This document shows, piece after piece, positions 54,240 to 62,940 of a stretch of DNA of 64,000 nucleotides (positions are counted from its first letter, which is position 1; every line of letters begins with the position of its first letter). Both the position numbers and the translations under genes were made by a program. The stretch lies in contig DASPNE010000005.1 in assembly GCA_035626705.1 (NCBI GenBank), positions 45,929 to 109,928 on the forward strand, read 5' to 3'. This DNA is from Usitatibacter sp. Lineage in GTDB: Bacteria > Pseudomonadota > Gammaproteobacteria > Burkholderiales > Usitatibacteraceae. The notes beneath the pieces are model-generated. The model made no database searches. It had not been told where the DNA came from and worked only from the letters and a program-made list of their open reading frames with translations.

Positions 54240-55499
54240 ATGCCCGACCAGCAAGCCGTGCTCCGGGAGGCGATGCGGCGCCTCGACCTCACGCGGGATG
54301 CCTTCGCGGCAAGGCTCGGCGTGACGCGCCGGGCGCTCGATACATGGCTCCTCCCGGCGGGTTCCCGGCAGCGACGCGCGATGCCCGAAGTGGTCGCGCG
54401 GATGGTGGCCTCCGTCCTCGGGCCCTCAGCCGAAGCCGGCCAGTCCCTCAGGCCCCGCCTCACTCGCTCCGGCAGGCCGCACCTGCTTTCGGTGGACGTC
54501 TTCGATCGCGAGCTCGCGGAGGAGGTGATGCGCGTGGCCGAGGCGATGGAGCCCATCGCGCGGCGGCAAAAGGTCACGCGCGTGCTCGAGGGCGCCGTGT
54601 TGGGCAACCTCTTCTTCGAGCCCAGCACGCGCACGCGGGTGAGCTTCGGCGCGGCCTTCTGCCGCCTGGGCGGGGCGGTGTGCGATACCACCGGCTTCAC
54701 CTTCTCGTCGATGGCCAAGGGCGAGTCGATCGCCGATACCAGCCGCGTCATCAGCGGTTATGTCGATGCAGTCGTGGTGCGCCATCCCGAGCAGGGCTCG
54801 GTGGCGAAATTCGCGGCGGCGACCCACGTCCCGGTCATCAACGGCGGTGACGGGCCGGGCGAGCACCCGACCCAGGCGCTGCTCGACCTCTATACCGTTC
54901 GCCAGGAGTTCGCGCGGCTGGGCAAGAAGCTGGACGGCGCGCATGTGGCGATGGTGGGCGACCTTCGCCACGGCCGGACGGTGCATTCGCTCATCCGCCT
55001 GCTCTCGCTCTATCGAGGCATGCGGTTCTCGCTGGTGGCGCCGGCGGGCCTCGAGATGCCGCCGGAGCTGGCAGGGCTCGCTCGCGATCGTGGACATCGC
55101 GTGCGCGAAAGCGCCACGCCCGCCGAGGGCGTGCGCAACCCCGACATCCTCTACGCCACCCGCATCCAGAAGGAGCGCATGGCGGGCGAGGGCCTGGAGG
55201 CCTATCCCGCCAGCTTCCGCATCGACCGCGCCGCCGTGAAGGCGCTGTGCGCCGCTGACACCGTGATCCTGCACCCGCTGCCGCGGGATTCGACCCCGGG
55301 CGCCAACGACCTGGCCGACGACCTCGACCGCGACCCGCGCCTCGCGATCTTTCGCCAGGCCGACAACGGCATCCCCGTGCGCATGGCGATCTTCGCCATC
55401 CTCCTCGGCGTGGAACATCTGGTCGCACGCACCCTGCGGGACGCCCCTTGGGTCTCCCCCGCGCGACTGCGCCCGTACGATCGGGGTCAGGCCACCTAG
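54240..55499 (+). CDS. Aspartate/ornithine carbamoyltransferase-family protein (ATCase-like) with ~100-aa N-terminal HTH-like extension
   Basis: ATG 54240. The core has FFEPSTRTRVSF, GEHPTQALLD and ILHPLPR. The N-terminus MPDQQAVLREAMRRLDLTRDAFAARLGVTRRALDTWLLP looks like an XRE-type HTH. 419 aa versus about 310 for a plain PyrB. Confidence 0.8.
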   Translation: MPDQQAVLREAMRRLDLTRDAFAARLGVTRRALDTWLLPAGSRQRRAMPEVVARMVASVLGPSAEAGQSLRPRLTRSGRPHLLSVDVFDRELAEEVMRVAEAMEPIARRQKVTRVLEGAVLGNLFFEPSTRTRVSFGAAFCRLGGAVCDTTGFTFSSMAKGESIADTSRVISGYVDAVVVRHPEQGSVAKFAAATHVPVINGGDGPGEHPTQALLDLYTVRQEFARLGKKLDGAHVAMVGDLRHGRTVHSLIRLLSLYRGMRFSLVAPAGLEMPPELAGLARDRGHRVRESATPAEGVRNPDILYATRIQKERMAGEGLEAYPASFRIDRAAVKALCAADTVILHPLPRDSTPGANDLADDLDRDPRLAIFRQADNGIPVRMAIFAILLGVEHLVARTLRDAPWVSPARLRPYDRGQAT

Positions 55500-55549
55500 C
55501 GCGCCACCGCCCTATACTTGTCCCCGCCACCGCTTCCTGGGGAGGGGAA

Positions 55550-57490
55550 GTGTCGGAGCAAGCCGCCGAGCGCTCGTCGAGAAAGGTGAAATGCCCGTCA
55601 TGCGGGGCGCCGGTGCGCTTCCGTGGCGCGACCTCGATCGTTTCGGTGTGCGCATTCTGCAAGTCGACGTTGGTGCGCGACGGCGTCGAGATCGAGAACA
55701 TCGGCAAGCAGGCCGAGCTGCTGCAGGACATTTCCCCGATCCGCGTCGGCACCGAGGGCCACCATCGCAGCGAAGGCTTCGCCGTCGTCGGCCGCATCCA
55801 GTATCGCTACGAATCGGGCGTGTGGAACGAATGGCACGTGCTCTTCCCGCGGGCGCGCAGCGCCTGGCTCTCCGATGCGAGCGGCGATTACACGATCGCC
55901 TACCTCATCCCGCCGCAGCCCCTGCCGGGCTTCGCCGAGCTGGAGCCTGGCCGCCAGGTCGAGATCAAGGGCGAGAAATGGTACGCGGGCCATTACACGG
56001 TGATGAACCTCGAGCAGGCCGAGGTCGTTGCCGGCGAAGGCGAGCTTCCCTTCCGTTTCGGAGCCGGCTGGAAGGCCGACGTGGCCGATTTGCGTGGAGA
56101 CGGCGCTCGCTTCGCGACCATCGACTACTCGGAAACTCCGCCGCATCTCTACGTGGGGGAGAAGCTGCCGTTCGACACCTTCCGCTTCTCGGGGCTGCGC
56201 GATCCGGACCAGCCCGGCTTCACCAGGGGCACGGGGCTCGCCTTCAAGTGCGGCGGCTGCGGCGCCCCGATCGAGAAGCACCTCACCACCACGGAGGTCG
56301 TCGCCTGCGGCTCCTGCGGCACCGTGACCGACGTGAAGAGCAACGTGGGCCAGGTGGTGCAGAAGAACGAGCTCAACATGTCCGCGGTGCGCCCGCTCGT
56401 GCCGCTGGGGTCAACCGGCAAGTGGAAGGGCGCGGCCTACGAGGTCGTGGGCTTCATGCGGCGCGGCCTCACCGTGGAAGGCATCGAGTACCAGTGGTCC
56501 GAGTACTTGCTGCACAACACCGAGCAGGGCTACGCCTGGCTCACCGAGTACGACGGCCACTTCAACTGGGTGCACAACGCGGCCGAGGTGCCCAAGCGCG
56601 GCGCCCACGGCACGCAGCCGACGATGAAGTACCTGGGCCGCACGTTCCGCCACTTCCAGCGCGCCACGGCCCTCGTGCGCCACGTGCAGGGCGAGTTCTA
56701 CTGGCGGGTGAAGGTGGGCGAGTCCAACCTCTGCGACGACTACGTCGATCCGCCGCTGCTGCTCTCGAGCGAGAAGAGCGGCAAGGAGATCACCTGGTCG
56801 GTGGGCGAATACCTCGAGCCCGCGCAGGTCTGGCAGATCTTCAACCTGAAGGGCAAGCCGCCCACGCCGGTCGGCGTGGCCCCGAACCAGCCATCGCCGC
56901 ACAAGGGAAGGGTCGGCCGATACTGGCTCGCCTTCCTGGCGTTCCTGGTGCTCGGCCTGCTGCTGCAGGCGATCTTCTCCTTCGTTGTCGCGCCGCGCAG
57001 CGCACCGCCTCTCACCTTCGTCGCCGGGGCCGGAGAGCCCGCGCGAGCCGTGAGCGCGCCGTTCAAGCTGGGCGGCTGGGCGGGCGCGCCGGTCACCGTG
57101 CGCACCGACAGCAACGCCGCGAGCGACTGGATCGACCTGTCGATGCAGCTCACCAACGTCGATATGGGCAAGGCCTACTTCGTCCGGCGTGGCGTCGGCT
57201 ACCGGATGCTGGGCGGAAGGCTCGACGGCAGCAACGACGACGTGGCCGAGGTGAGCGGCATCCCGCCGGGCACCTACACGCTCGCGGTCGAGGCGCGCAG
57301 CGCGCGCGAGTTGCGCGGCACGGTGCAGGTGTACCGCTCGGGCATCGGCTGGTCGAACTTCTGGCTCTTCGCGGGCTTCCTGTTCCTCTGGCCACTCGTG
57401 GCGACGGTGCAGGCCGCCTCCTTCGAGGGCAAGCGCTGGTCCGAGAGCGACTACGCCTCGTCCGGCCACGACGACGATGACGACGAATAG
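55550..57490 (+). CDS. Tandem zinc-ribbon + DUF4178 protein with C-terminal TM segments
   Basis: GTG 55550 after GGAGGGGAA. Two modules: KCPSCGAPVRF..CAFCKSTL + ..GRIQYRYESGVWNEWHVLF.., and FKCGGCGAPIE..CGSCGTV + ..WKGAAYEVVGFMRR..YQWSEYLLHN... TM helices near the C-terminus and an acidic tail. Confidence 0.8.
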   Translation: MSEQAAERSSRKVKCPSCGAPVRFRGATSIVSVCAFCKSTLVRDGVEIENIGKQAELLQDISPIRVGTEGHHRSEGFAVVGRIQYRYESGVWNEWHVLFPRARSAWLSDASGDYTIAYLIPPQPLPGFAELEPGRQVEIKGEKWYAGHYTVMNLEQAEVVAGEGELPFRFGAGWKADVADLRGDGARFATIDYSETPPHLYVGEKLPFDTFRFSGLRDPDQPGFTRGTGLAFKCGGCGAPIEKHLTTTEVVACGSCGTVTDVKSNVGQVVQKNELNMSAVRPLVPLGSTGKWKGAAYEVVGFMRRGLTVEGIEYQWSEYLLHNTEQGYAWLTEYDGHFNWVHNAAEVPKRGAHGTQPTMKYLGRTFRHFQRATALVRHVQGEFYWRVKVGESNLCDDYVDPPLLLSSEKSGKEITWSVGEYLEPAQVWQIFNLKGKPPTPVGVAPNQPSPHKGRVGRYWLAFLAFLVLGLLLQAIFSFVVAPRSAPPLTFVAGAGEPARAVSAPFKLGGWAGAPVTVRTDSNAASDWIDLSMQLTNVDMGKAYFVRRGVGYRMLGGRLDGSNDDVAEVSGIPPGTYTLAVEARSARELRGTVQVYRSGIGWSNFWLFAGFLFLWPLVATVQAASFEGKRWSESDYASSGHDDDDDE

Positions 57491-57499
57491 GGAGACGAC

Positions 57500-57667
57500 A
57501 TGTTCAAGGCCTACCTGGCAGCCGCGTTCCTGAGCTTCGGGCTCTTCGGCTACTCGCAGTACAAGGGCTGGTCGATCCTGCCCTCGGAGGCCCAGGAGTG
57601 GGCGGATCGGCGCACCTATGGCTCTTCCACGGGCGGCAGCCGCTCAGGCTCCGGTGGACACAAGTAG
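57500..57667 (+). CDS. Small membrane protein (55 aa), unannotated in the ORF track
   Basis: GGAGACGAC-ATG at 57500, 9 nt after the upstream stop. MFKAYLAAAFLSFGLFGYSQYKGWSILPSEAQEWADRRTYGSSTGGSRSGSGGHK is one TM helix with a Gly/Ser tail. Confidence 0.5.
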   Translation: MFKAYLAAAFLSFGLFGYSQYKGWSILPSEAQEWADRRTYGSSTGGSRSGSGGHK

Positions 57668-57686
57668 CACAACCAAGGAGAACGTC

Positions 57687-57902
57687 ATGATCGAGTACCT
57701 GAAACCCGCGGCCCTCATCGGATCGATCGTCTATTCGGTGATCGGCATCGTGCTGGTGGCGCTGTTCTTCGTCATCGTCGACAAGATCACCCCCTACGAC
57801 CTGTGGAAGGAGCTGATCGAGAACCGCAACCAGCCGCTCGCCACCGTGGTGGCCGCGTTCTGCCTCGCGATCGCGATCATCGTGGCGGCGGCAATACATT
57901 GA
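57687..57902 (+). CDS. DUF350 (YjfL-like) membrane protein
   Basis: ATG 57687 after AAGGAGAACGTC. MIEYLKPAALIGSIVYSVIGIVLVALFFVIVDKITPYDLWKELIENRNQPLATVVAAFCLAIAIIVAAAIH is typical of DUF350. Confidence 0.8.
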   Translation: MIEYLKPAALIGSIVYSVIGIVLVALFFVIVDKITPYDLWKELIENRNQPLATVVAAFCLAIAIIVAAAIH

Positions 57903-57931
57903 AGGCATGGACAGGGGATGAGGGATGAGGC

Positions 57932-59503
57932 GTGACTGAGCATTCCGTCGATCCGGCCGCGGCCCCGCCGGCGCATCCGCCGGTGCAGCGCAGCGAGGTG
58001 CTCACGCGCGCGCTGCTGGCGTCGGTGTTCGTCATCGCCGCCTGCGGGCTGGTCTACGAGCTCATCGCCGCGGCCGCGTCCACGTACCTGCTGGGCGACT
58101 CGATCACCCAGTTCTCGGTGGTGATCGGCGTCTACCTCGCCTCGATGGGCGTGGGCTCGTACCTGTCGCAGTACGTGACGCGTGGCATCGTGGTGAAGTT
58201 CATCGACGTCGAGCTGATGATCGCGGTGCTGGGCGGCTTCTCCGCCGCGCTCATGTTCCTCTCCTTCGCCTATGCGGGGCCCGGCTTTCGCGTGCTGCTG
58301 TACCTGCTGGTGGTCCTGGTGGGCGTCCTCGTGGGCCTCGAGATCCCGCTGGTGATGCGCATCCTCAAGGAGCGCCTGGGCTTCAAGGACCTGGTGGCGC
58401 AGGTGCTGTCGTTCGACTACCTCGGCGCGCTCGGCGTCTCCATCGCCTTCCCGCTCCTGCTTGCGCCGCGGCTGGGCCTCATCCGCACGGCCTTCCTCTT
58501 CGGCCTCATGAATGCGCTCGTCGCGGCGTGGGCGGTGTGGCTCTTCCGCGACCGACTCGCCCGTCCGCTCGCCATCGCCTCGCGTTGCGCGGTCGTGACG
58601 CTCGCCCTGGGCGCGGGCTTCATCTACTCGGAGGAGCTCACGCGCCTGTCGGAAGACCGCCTCTACACGGACCAGATCGTGCACGCCGAGTCGAGCAAGG
58701 CGCAGCGCATCGTGGTCACCCGCTGGCGCGAGGACCTGCGCCTCTACCTCAACGGCAACCTGCAGTTCAGCTCGCTCGACGAGTACCGCTACCACGAGGC
58801 GATGGTGCACCCGCTGCTCGCATCGATGCCGCACGCGCGCCGCGCTTTGGTGCTGGGCGGGGGCGATGGCCTGGCCCTGCGCGAGATCCTCAAGTACCCG
58901 CAGATCGAGTCGGTCACGCTGGTCGACCTCGATCCCGCGATGACGCGCCTCTTCACGGAAGCGCCGCCGCTGCGCAAGCTGAACGCCGGGGCGCTTTCCT
59001 CGCCGCGCGTGAAGGTGGTGAACGCCGACGCCTTCGTGTGGCTGGAGCAGTCGCGCGATGCCTTCGACTTCGTAGCCATCGACTTCCCGGACCCGAGCAA
59101 CCACGCGCTCGGCAAGCTCTACACGACCTCGTTCTATTCCATGCTCAAGCGGCGCCTCTCGGCGCGCGGCGCGGCGGTGATCCAGTCCACCTCGCCGCTG
59201 TACGCGCGCAGGTCCTTCTGGTGCGTGGTCACCACGCTCGAGGAAGCGGGATTCGAGGCCACGCCCTACCATGCGCTGGTGCCCTCGTTCGGCGAGTGGG
59301 GCTTCATCATCGCCTCGCAGGCACCCTACGAGCCTCCGGCCAGCTACCCCATGCCCCTCAAGTTCGTGGCGCCCGAGATGCATCCCGCGCTCTTCGCCTT
59401 TCCACGCGACATGGCGCGCGTGCCTACCGAGGTCAACCGGCTGAACAGCCCGGCCCTGGTGCGCTACTTCGAGTCGGAGTGGCGCCGCAGTCCCTCGCAG
59501 TGA
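57932..59503 (+). CDS. Membrane-embedded spermidine-synthase-like polyamine aminopropyltransferase
   Basis: 523 aa. About 7 N-terminal TM helices, then YHEAMVHPLL...VLGGGDGLALREILKY..VTLVDLDPAM...DFPDP.. (the SpeE fold motifs). Confidence 0.85.
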   Translation: MTEHSVDPAAAPPAHPPVQRSEVLTRALLASVFVIAACGLVYELIAAAASTYLLGDSITQFSVVIGVYLASMGVGSYLSQYVTRGIVVKFIDVELMIAVLGGFSAALMFLSFAYAGPGFRVLLYLLVVLVGVLVGLEIPLVMRILKERLGFKDLVAQVLSFDYLGALGVSIAFPLLLAPRLGLIRTAFLFGLMNALVAAWAVWLFRDRLARPLAIASRCAVVTLALGAGFIYSEELTRLSEDRLYTDQIVHAESSKAQRIVVTRWREDLRLYLNGNLQFSSLDEYRYHEAMVHPLLASMPHARRALVLGGGDGLALREILKYPQIESVTLVDLDPAMTRLFTEAPPLRKLNAGALSSPRVKVVNADAFVWLEQSRDAFDFVAIDFPDPSNHALGKLYTTSFYSMLKRRLSARGAAVIQSTSPLYARRSFWCVVTTLEEAGFEATPYHALVPSFGEWGFIIASQAPYEPPASYPMPLKFVAPEMHPALFAFPRDMARVPTEVNRLNSPALVRYFESEWRRSPSQ

Positions 59504-61125
59504 CCGGCCGGCGGAGCTTTCTCGGCGCCGGAGCGGCGTTGCTCGCCGCGGCATGCACGCGCGGCGCACCCCCGCTTCCGCCCGGAGAGCTGCTGGCTAC
59601 CGACTACCGGCTGGGTCATCGGCTGCGCGACGGCGGGCTGCCTTCCGCGCGCGAGGTGCGCAAGGCGCGCGTGGTCATCGTGGGCGGCGGCATCGGCGGC
59701 CTCTCCGCTGCGTGGCGGCTGCAGCGCGCCGGCATGGCCGACATCGAGCTGCTCGAGCTCGAGGCGAGTCCGGGGGGCAATGCACGTTGGGGGGAAAGCG
59801 CGGTGTGCGCCTATCCGTGGGGCGCGCATTACGTGCCGCTGCCTACGCAGGAAGCCCGCGCCACGCGCTGGCTGCTGTCGGACCTGGGCGTGCTGCTGGG
59901 CGATCCCGATGCCGCCGAGCCGCGCTACGAGGAGCGCGCGCTGGTGCATGCCCCGCAGGAGCGTCACTACCGCCATGGCACCTGGAGCGAGGGGCTCGTC
60001 GGGCTGGAGGGCCGCACGCAACAGGAAAAGGACGAGTGGCAGCGCTTCCAGGCGCGCATGCAGCAGCTGCGCAACGCGCGTGGACGCGACGGGCGACGCG
60101 CCTTCGCCATCCCGCTCGAGCACTCGACGCAGGATCCCGAGCTGCTGGCGCTCGACCGAATCACTTTCGAGGCGTGGCTTCGCCGTGAAGGCTTCGTTTC
60201 CGAGCCCGTGCACTGGATGGCCAACTACGCGTGCCGCGACGACTACGGCTGCGACTACCGGCAGGCCTCGGCCTGGGCCGGCGTGCACTACTTCGCCTGC
60301 CGCTCGGGCGTTGCGCGCCACGCCGAGCAGGACAGCGTCCTTACCTGGCCGGAGGGCAACGGCTGGCTCGTTCGCCGGCTCATGGAGCGCGCTGCGTTCA
60401 CCATGACGCCGGGCGCGCTCGTCTTTCGCATCGAGGAGCGGCCAAGGCACGTGCGCATCGAGGCGTGGCTTGCACGCGAGCAGCGTTCGATCGCGATCGA
60501 GGCAGAGCACGTGGTGTGGGCCGCGCCGTTCGCCTTCGCTGCGCACGCGCTTGCGGGAACCGCGCTCGCCGAGCCGATGCGCGCCTACCAGTACACGCCC
60601 TGGGTCACCGCGAACCTCACGCTCTCGGAGCTGCCGCACGAACGGCACGGCGCGCCGCTCTCATGGGACAACGTGCTGCACGAGGCCGCCTCCCTGGGTT
60701 ACATCGTGGCGACGCACCAAAGCGTGGCGGTGCAGCCCGGCGCGACCGTGCTCACCTGGTACCTGCCGCTTGCGCACGAGTCCCCCTCGGCGGCGCGCCA
60801 GCGGCTGCTTGCCACCGGGCGCGAGCATTGGGCAGGAATGGCCCTGGCCGAGCTGTCGCGCCCGCATCCCGAGATCCGAAGCATCACGCGACGCGTGGAC
60901 GTCATGGCCCATGGGCATGCGATGGTCCTGCCGCACCCCGGCCTCGTCTGGGGCGCCGCGCGGCAACGCATCAACGCGCATCGCGGGCGGCTGCATTTCG
61001 CGCACGCCGACGCGAGCGGGCTGTCGCTCTTCGAGGAGGCGAACGATCGCGGCGTCGCCGCGGCCGAGACGATCCTGGCCGCGATGGGCTCGAGGCAGCC
61101 GTCGTTGCGCTACGAGCGCGGCTGA
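59500..61125 (+). CDS. FAD-dependent (amine-oxidase-like) oxidoreductase with Tat-type leader
   Basis: GTG 59500 overlaps the upstream TGA. (M)TGRRSFLGAGAALLAAACTRG is a twin-arginine leader with a possible lipobox. VVIVGGGIGGLSAAWRLQRAG..ELLELEASPGGN is a dinucleotide-binding motif. Confidence 0.8.
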   Translation: MTGRRSFLGAGAALLAAACTRGAPPLPPGELLATDYRLGHRLRDGGLPSAREVRKARVVIVGGGIGGLSAAWRLQRAGMADIELLELEASPGGNARWGESAVCAYPWGAHYVPLPTQEARATRWLLSDLGVLLGDPDAAEPRYEERALVHAPQERHYRHGTWSEGLVGLEGRTQQEKDEWQRFQARMQQLRNARGRDGRRAFAIPLEHSTQDPELLALDRITFEAWLRREGFVSEPVHWMANYACRDDYGCDYRQASAWAGVHYFACRSGVARHAEQDSVLTWPEGNGWLVRRLMERAAFTMTPGALVFRIEERPRHVRIEAWLAREQRSIAIEAEHVVWAAPFAFAAHALAGTALAEPMRAYQYTPWVTANLTLSELPHERHGAPLSWDNVLHEAASLGYIVATHQSVAVQPGATVLTWYLPLAHESPSAARQRLLATGREHWAGMALAELSRPHPEIRSITRRVDVMAHGHAMVLPHPGLVWGAARQRINAHRGRLHFAHADASGLSLFEEANDRGVAAAETILAAMGSRQPSLRYERG

Positions 61126-61129
61126 CCCT

Positions 61130-61363
61130 TCAGGCGCGGTCGCGCAGCTCCTTCACGCCCATCTTCTCCGCGCAGTGGTCGCAGCAGAAGTAGCGGCCGT
61201 CCTTCTCCAGGCCGTGCCCGATGATCCGGCACTTGCAGTGCGCGCAGGTGGGCGCGAGCATGTGGATGGCGCATTCGAAGCTGTCGAAGGTATGGCTCTT
61301 GCCGCCCATCGTCACCTGGAAGGCCTTGTCGTAATCGTTGCCACAGTGCTCGCATTTCGCCAT
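61130..61363 (-). CDS. Small Cys/His-rich (probable metal-binding) protein
   Basis: 77 aa. MAKCEHCGNDYDKAFQVTMGGKSHTFDSFECAIHMLAPTCAHCKCRIIGHGLEKDGRYFCCDHCAEK has 9 Cys and several His in CxxC-type pairs. Confidence 0.65.
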   Translation of the reverse strand: MAKCEHCGNDYDKAFQVTMGGKSHTFDSFECAIHMLAPTCAHCKCRIIGHGLEKDGRYFCCDHCAEKMGVKELRDRA

Positions 61364-61409
61364 GGATGTTCCTTTCGGGCGGGGTGTATCGAAGGTTGCG
61401 GGCGCGTCG

Positions 61410-62639
61410 TCAGCAGGCGCGCGCCACCAATACCGCGTTGGTTCCCCCGAAGGCGAACGAGTTCGACATGGCCGCCGCCATTCCCCGCGATCGGCGCGAG
61501 GCGTTGGGCACGTAATCCAGGTCGCATTCGGGATCGGGGTGGCGCAGGTTCATCGTCGGCGGGATCATGCCCTCGCGCAACGCGAGCAGCGCGGCCACGA
61601 ATTCGAGCGCGCCGGCCGCGCCAAGCAGGTGGCCATGCATCGACTTGGTGGAGCTGACCGCCAGGTTCGATGCGTGGGCTCCGAACACCTCGCGGATCGC
61701 AGCCGTTTCCACCGCGTCGTTGGCCTGCGTCCCCGTTCCGTGCGCGTTCACATAGCCGATTTCGGCGGGCGCCATCTTCGCCGAGCGCAGTGCCAGGCGC
61801 ATCGCGCGCGCCTGGCCCTCCACCGACGGCCGCGTGATATGCGTGGCATCGCTCGCGAGGCCGTAGCCGCACAGCTCGGCGACCGGCGTGACGCCCCGGG
61901 CGAGCGCCCGTTCGCGCTCCTCCAGCACCACCATGGCGGCGCCCTCGCCCAGCACCAGCCCGCTGCGGTCGCGCGCGAAGGGCTTGCACGAGGCGGCGGG
62001 ATCCTCCGCATCCTCGCTCGCCAGCGTCTTGAGCGCTTCCCACGCCTTGAGCGTGCCGAAGGTGAGCGGCGCCTCGGCGCCGCCGGCCACCATGACTTCG
62101 GCCTCGCCGCCCGCGATGCGCCGCGCCGCTTCGCCGATGGCGACCGCCGAAGACGAGCAAGCCGTCGAGTAGGTGAGGTTCGGCCCGCGCATGCCGTGCT
62201 CGAGCCCGATCCAGGAGGACGCCGCATTGGTCATCGCCATCAGCACGCTGAAGGGCTTGAGGCGATCGCAGCCCTCGTCGTACAACCGGCGATAGCCTTC
62301 GTCGGTGGTGGCCGAGCCACCCATGCCCGTGCCGACGAAGACGCCGGCCTCCTCGGGGTCTACGCCACCCAGCGCATCGCCCGCCTGCGTGAGCGCCTCC
62401 GCGGCGGCGACGAGCGCCAGTTGGCTCACTCGATCCAGCATGCGCAGCTTCGGCGCCGGGAAATGCGACGGGGCATCCAGTTCTGCGGTGGCCGCGATGC
62501 GGGTAGCCAGGCGAGGCGTGAACGGGGCCTCGAGCCGCCTCACACCCGAGCGGCCGGCCTCGAGCGCGGCTAGGAAAGCCGCGACGCCGTTGCCGATGGG
62601 CGAGACCACGCCCATGCCGGTGACCACGACGCGCCGCAC
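61410..62639 (-). CDS. Beta-ketoacyl-ACP synthase (KAS I/II, FabF-like)
   Basis: GTG 62639, 2 nt after the ACP stop. RRVVVTGMGVVSPIGNG..., TACSSSAVAIG (active-site Cys), NAHGTGTQANDAVE and STKSMHGHLLGAAG (the two His). Confidence 0.9.
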   Translation of the reverse strand: MRRVVVTGMGVVSPIGNGVAAFLAALEAGRSGVRRLEAPFTPRLATRIAATAELDAPSHFPAPKLRMLDRVSQLALVAAAEALTQAGDALGGVDPEEAGVFVGTGMGGSATTDEGYRRLYDEGCDRLKPFSVLMAMTNAASSWIGLEHGMRGPNLTYSTACSSSAVAIGEAARRIAGGEAEVMVAGGAEAPLTFGTLKAWEALKTLASEDAEDPAASCKPFARDRSGLVLGEGAAMVVLEERERALARGVTPVAELCGYGLASDATHITRPSVEGQARAMRLALRSAKMAPAEIGYVNAHGTGTQANDAVETAAIREVFGAHASNLAVSSTKSMHGHLLGAAGALEFVAALLALREGMIPPTMNLRHPDPECDLDYVPNASRRSRGMAAAMSNSFAFGGTNAVLVARAC

Positions 62640-62640
62640 G

Positions 62641-62940
62641 TCAGTCGCTCGTCGCGCCGGCCGCCGGTGGCGGCACGGCCAGGGCGGCAACCTTGCCGGC
62701 GCCCTGCGCGACTTCGTCGATGTAGGCCGCCAGGTCTCCCAGCGTGGTGATGCGCCCGCGCAGCTCACCCGGCTCGCCGGGCACCTGCACGCCCAGCTCG
62801 TCCTCGATGCAGAAGAAGATCTCGATCAGGCGCAGCGAATCGATCTCGAGGCTCTCCAGCGTGGCGCCGGGTTGCAGCGCATCGGGCGGGATGTCGAAGT
62901 CGCGTTGGAGAAGGTGCGCGATGCGATCGAGCGTGCTCAT
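62641..62940 (-). CDS. Acyl carrier protein
   Basis: ATG 62940 (ATGA overlap with the upstream gene). LESLEIDSLRLIEIFFCIEDELG contains the DSL phosphopantetheine site. 99 aa. Confidence 0.85.
   Translation of the reverse strand: MSTLDRIAHLLQRDFDIPPDALQPGATLESLEIDSLRLIEIFFCIEDELGVQVPGEPGELRGRITTLGDLAAYIDEVAQGAGKVAALAVPPPAAGATSD

Noticed and set aside
61312-62573. Long ORFs (282 aa minus, 411 aa plus) overlapping the ketosynthase gene
   Set aside because: The KS frame shows the Cys-His-His catalytic motifs. The alternatives are Arg/Gly-rich off-frame or antisense readings.
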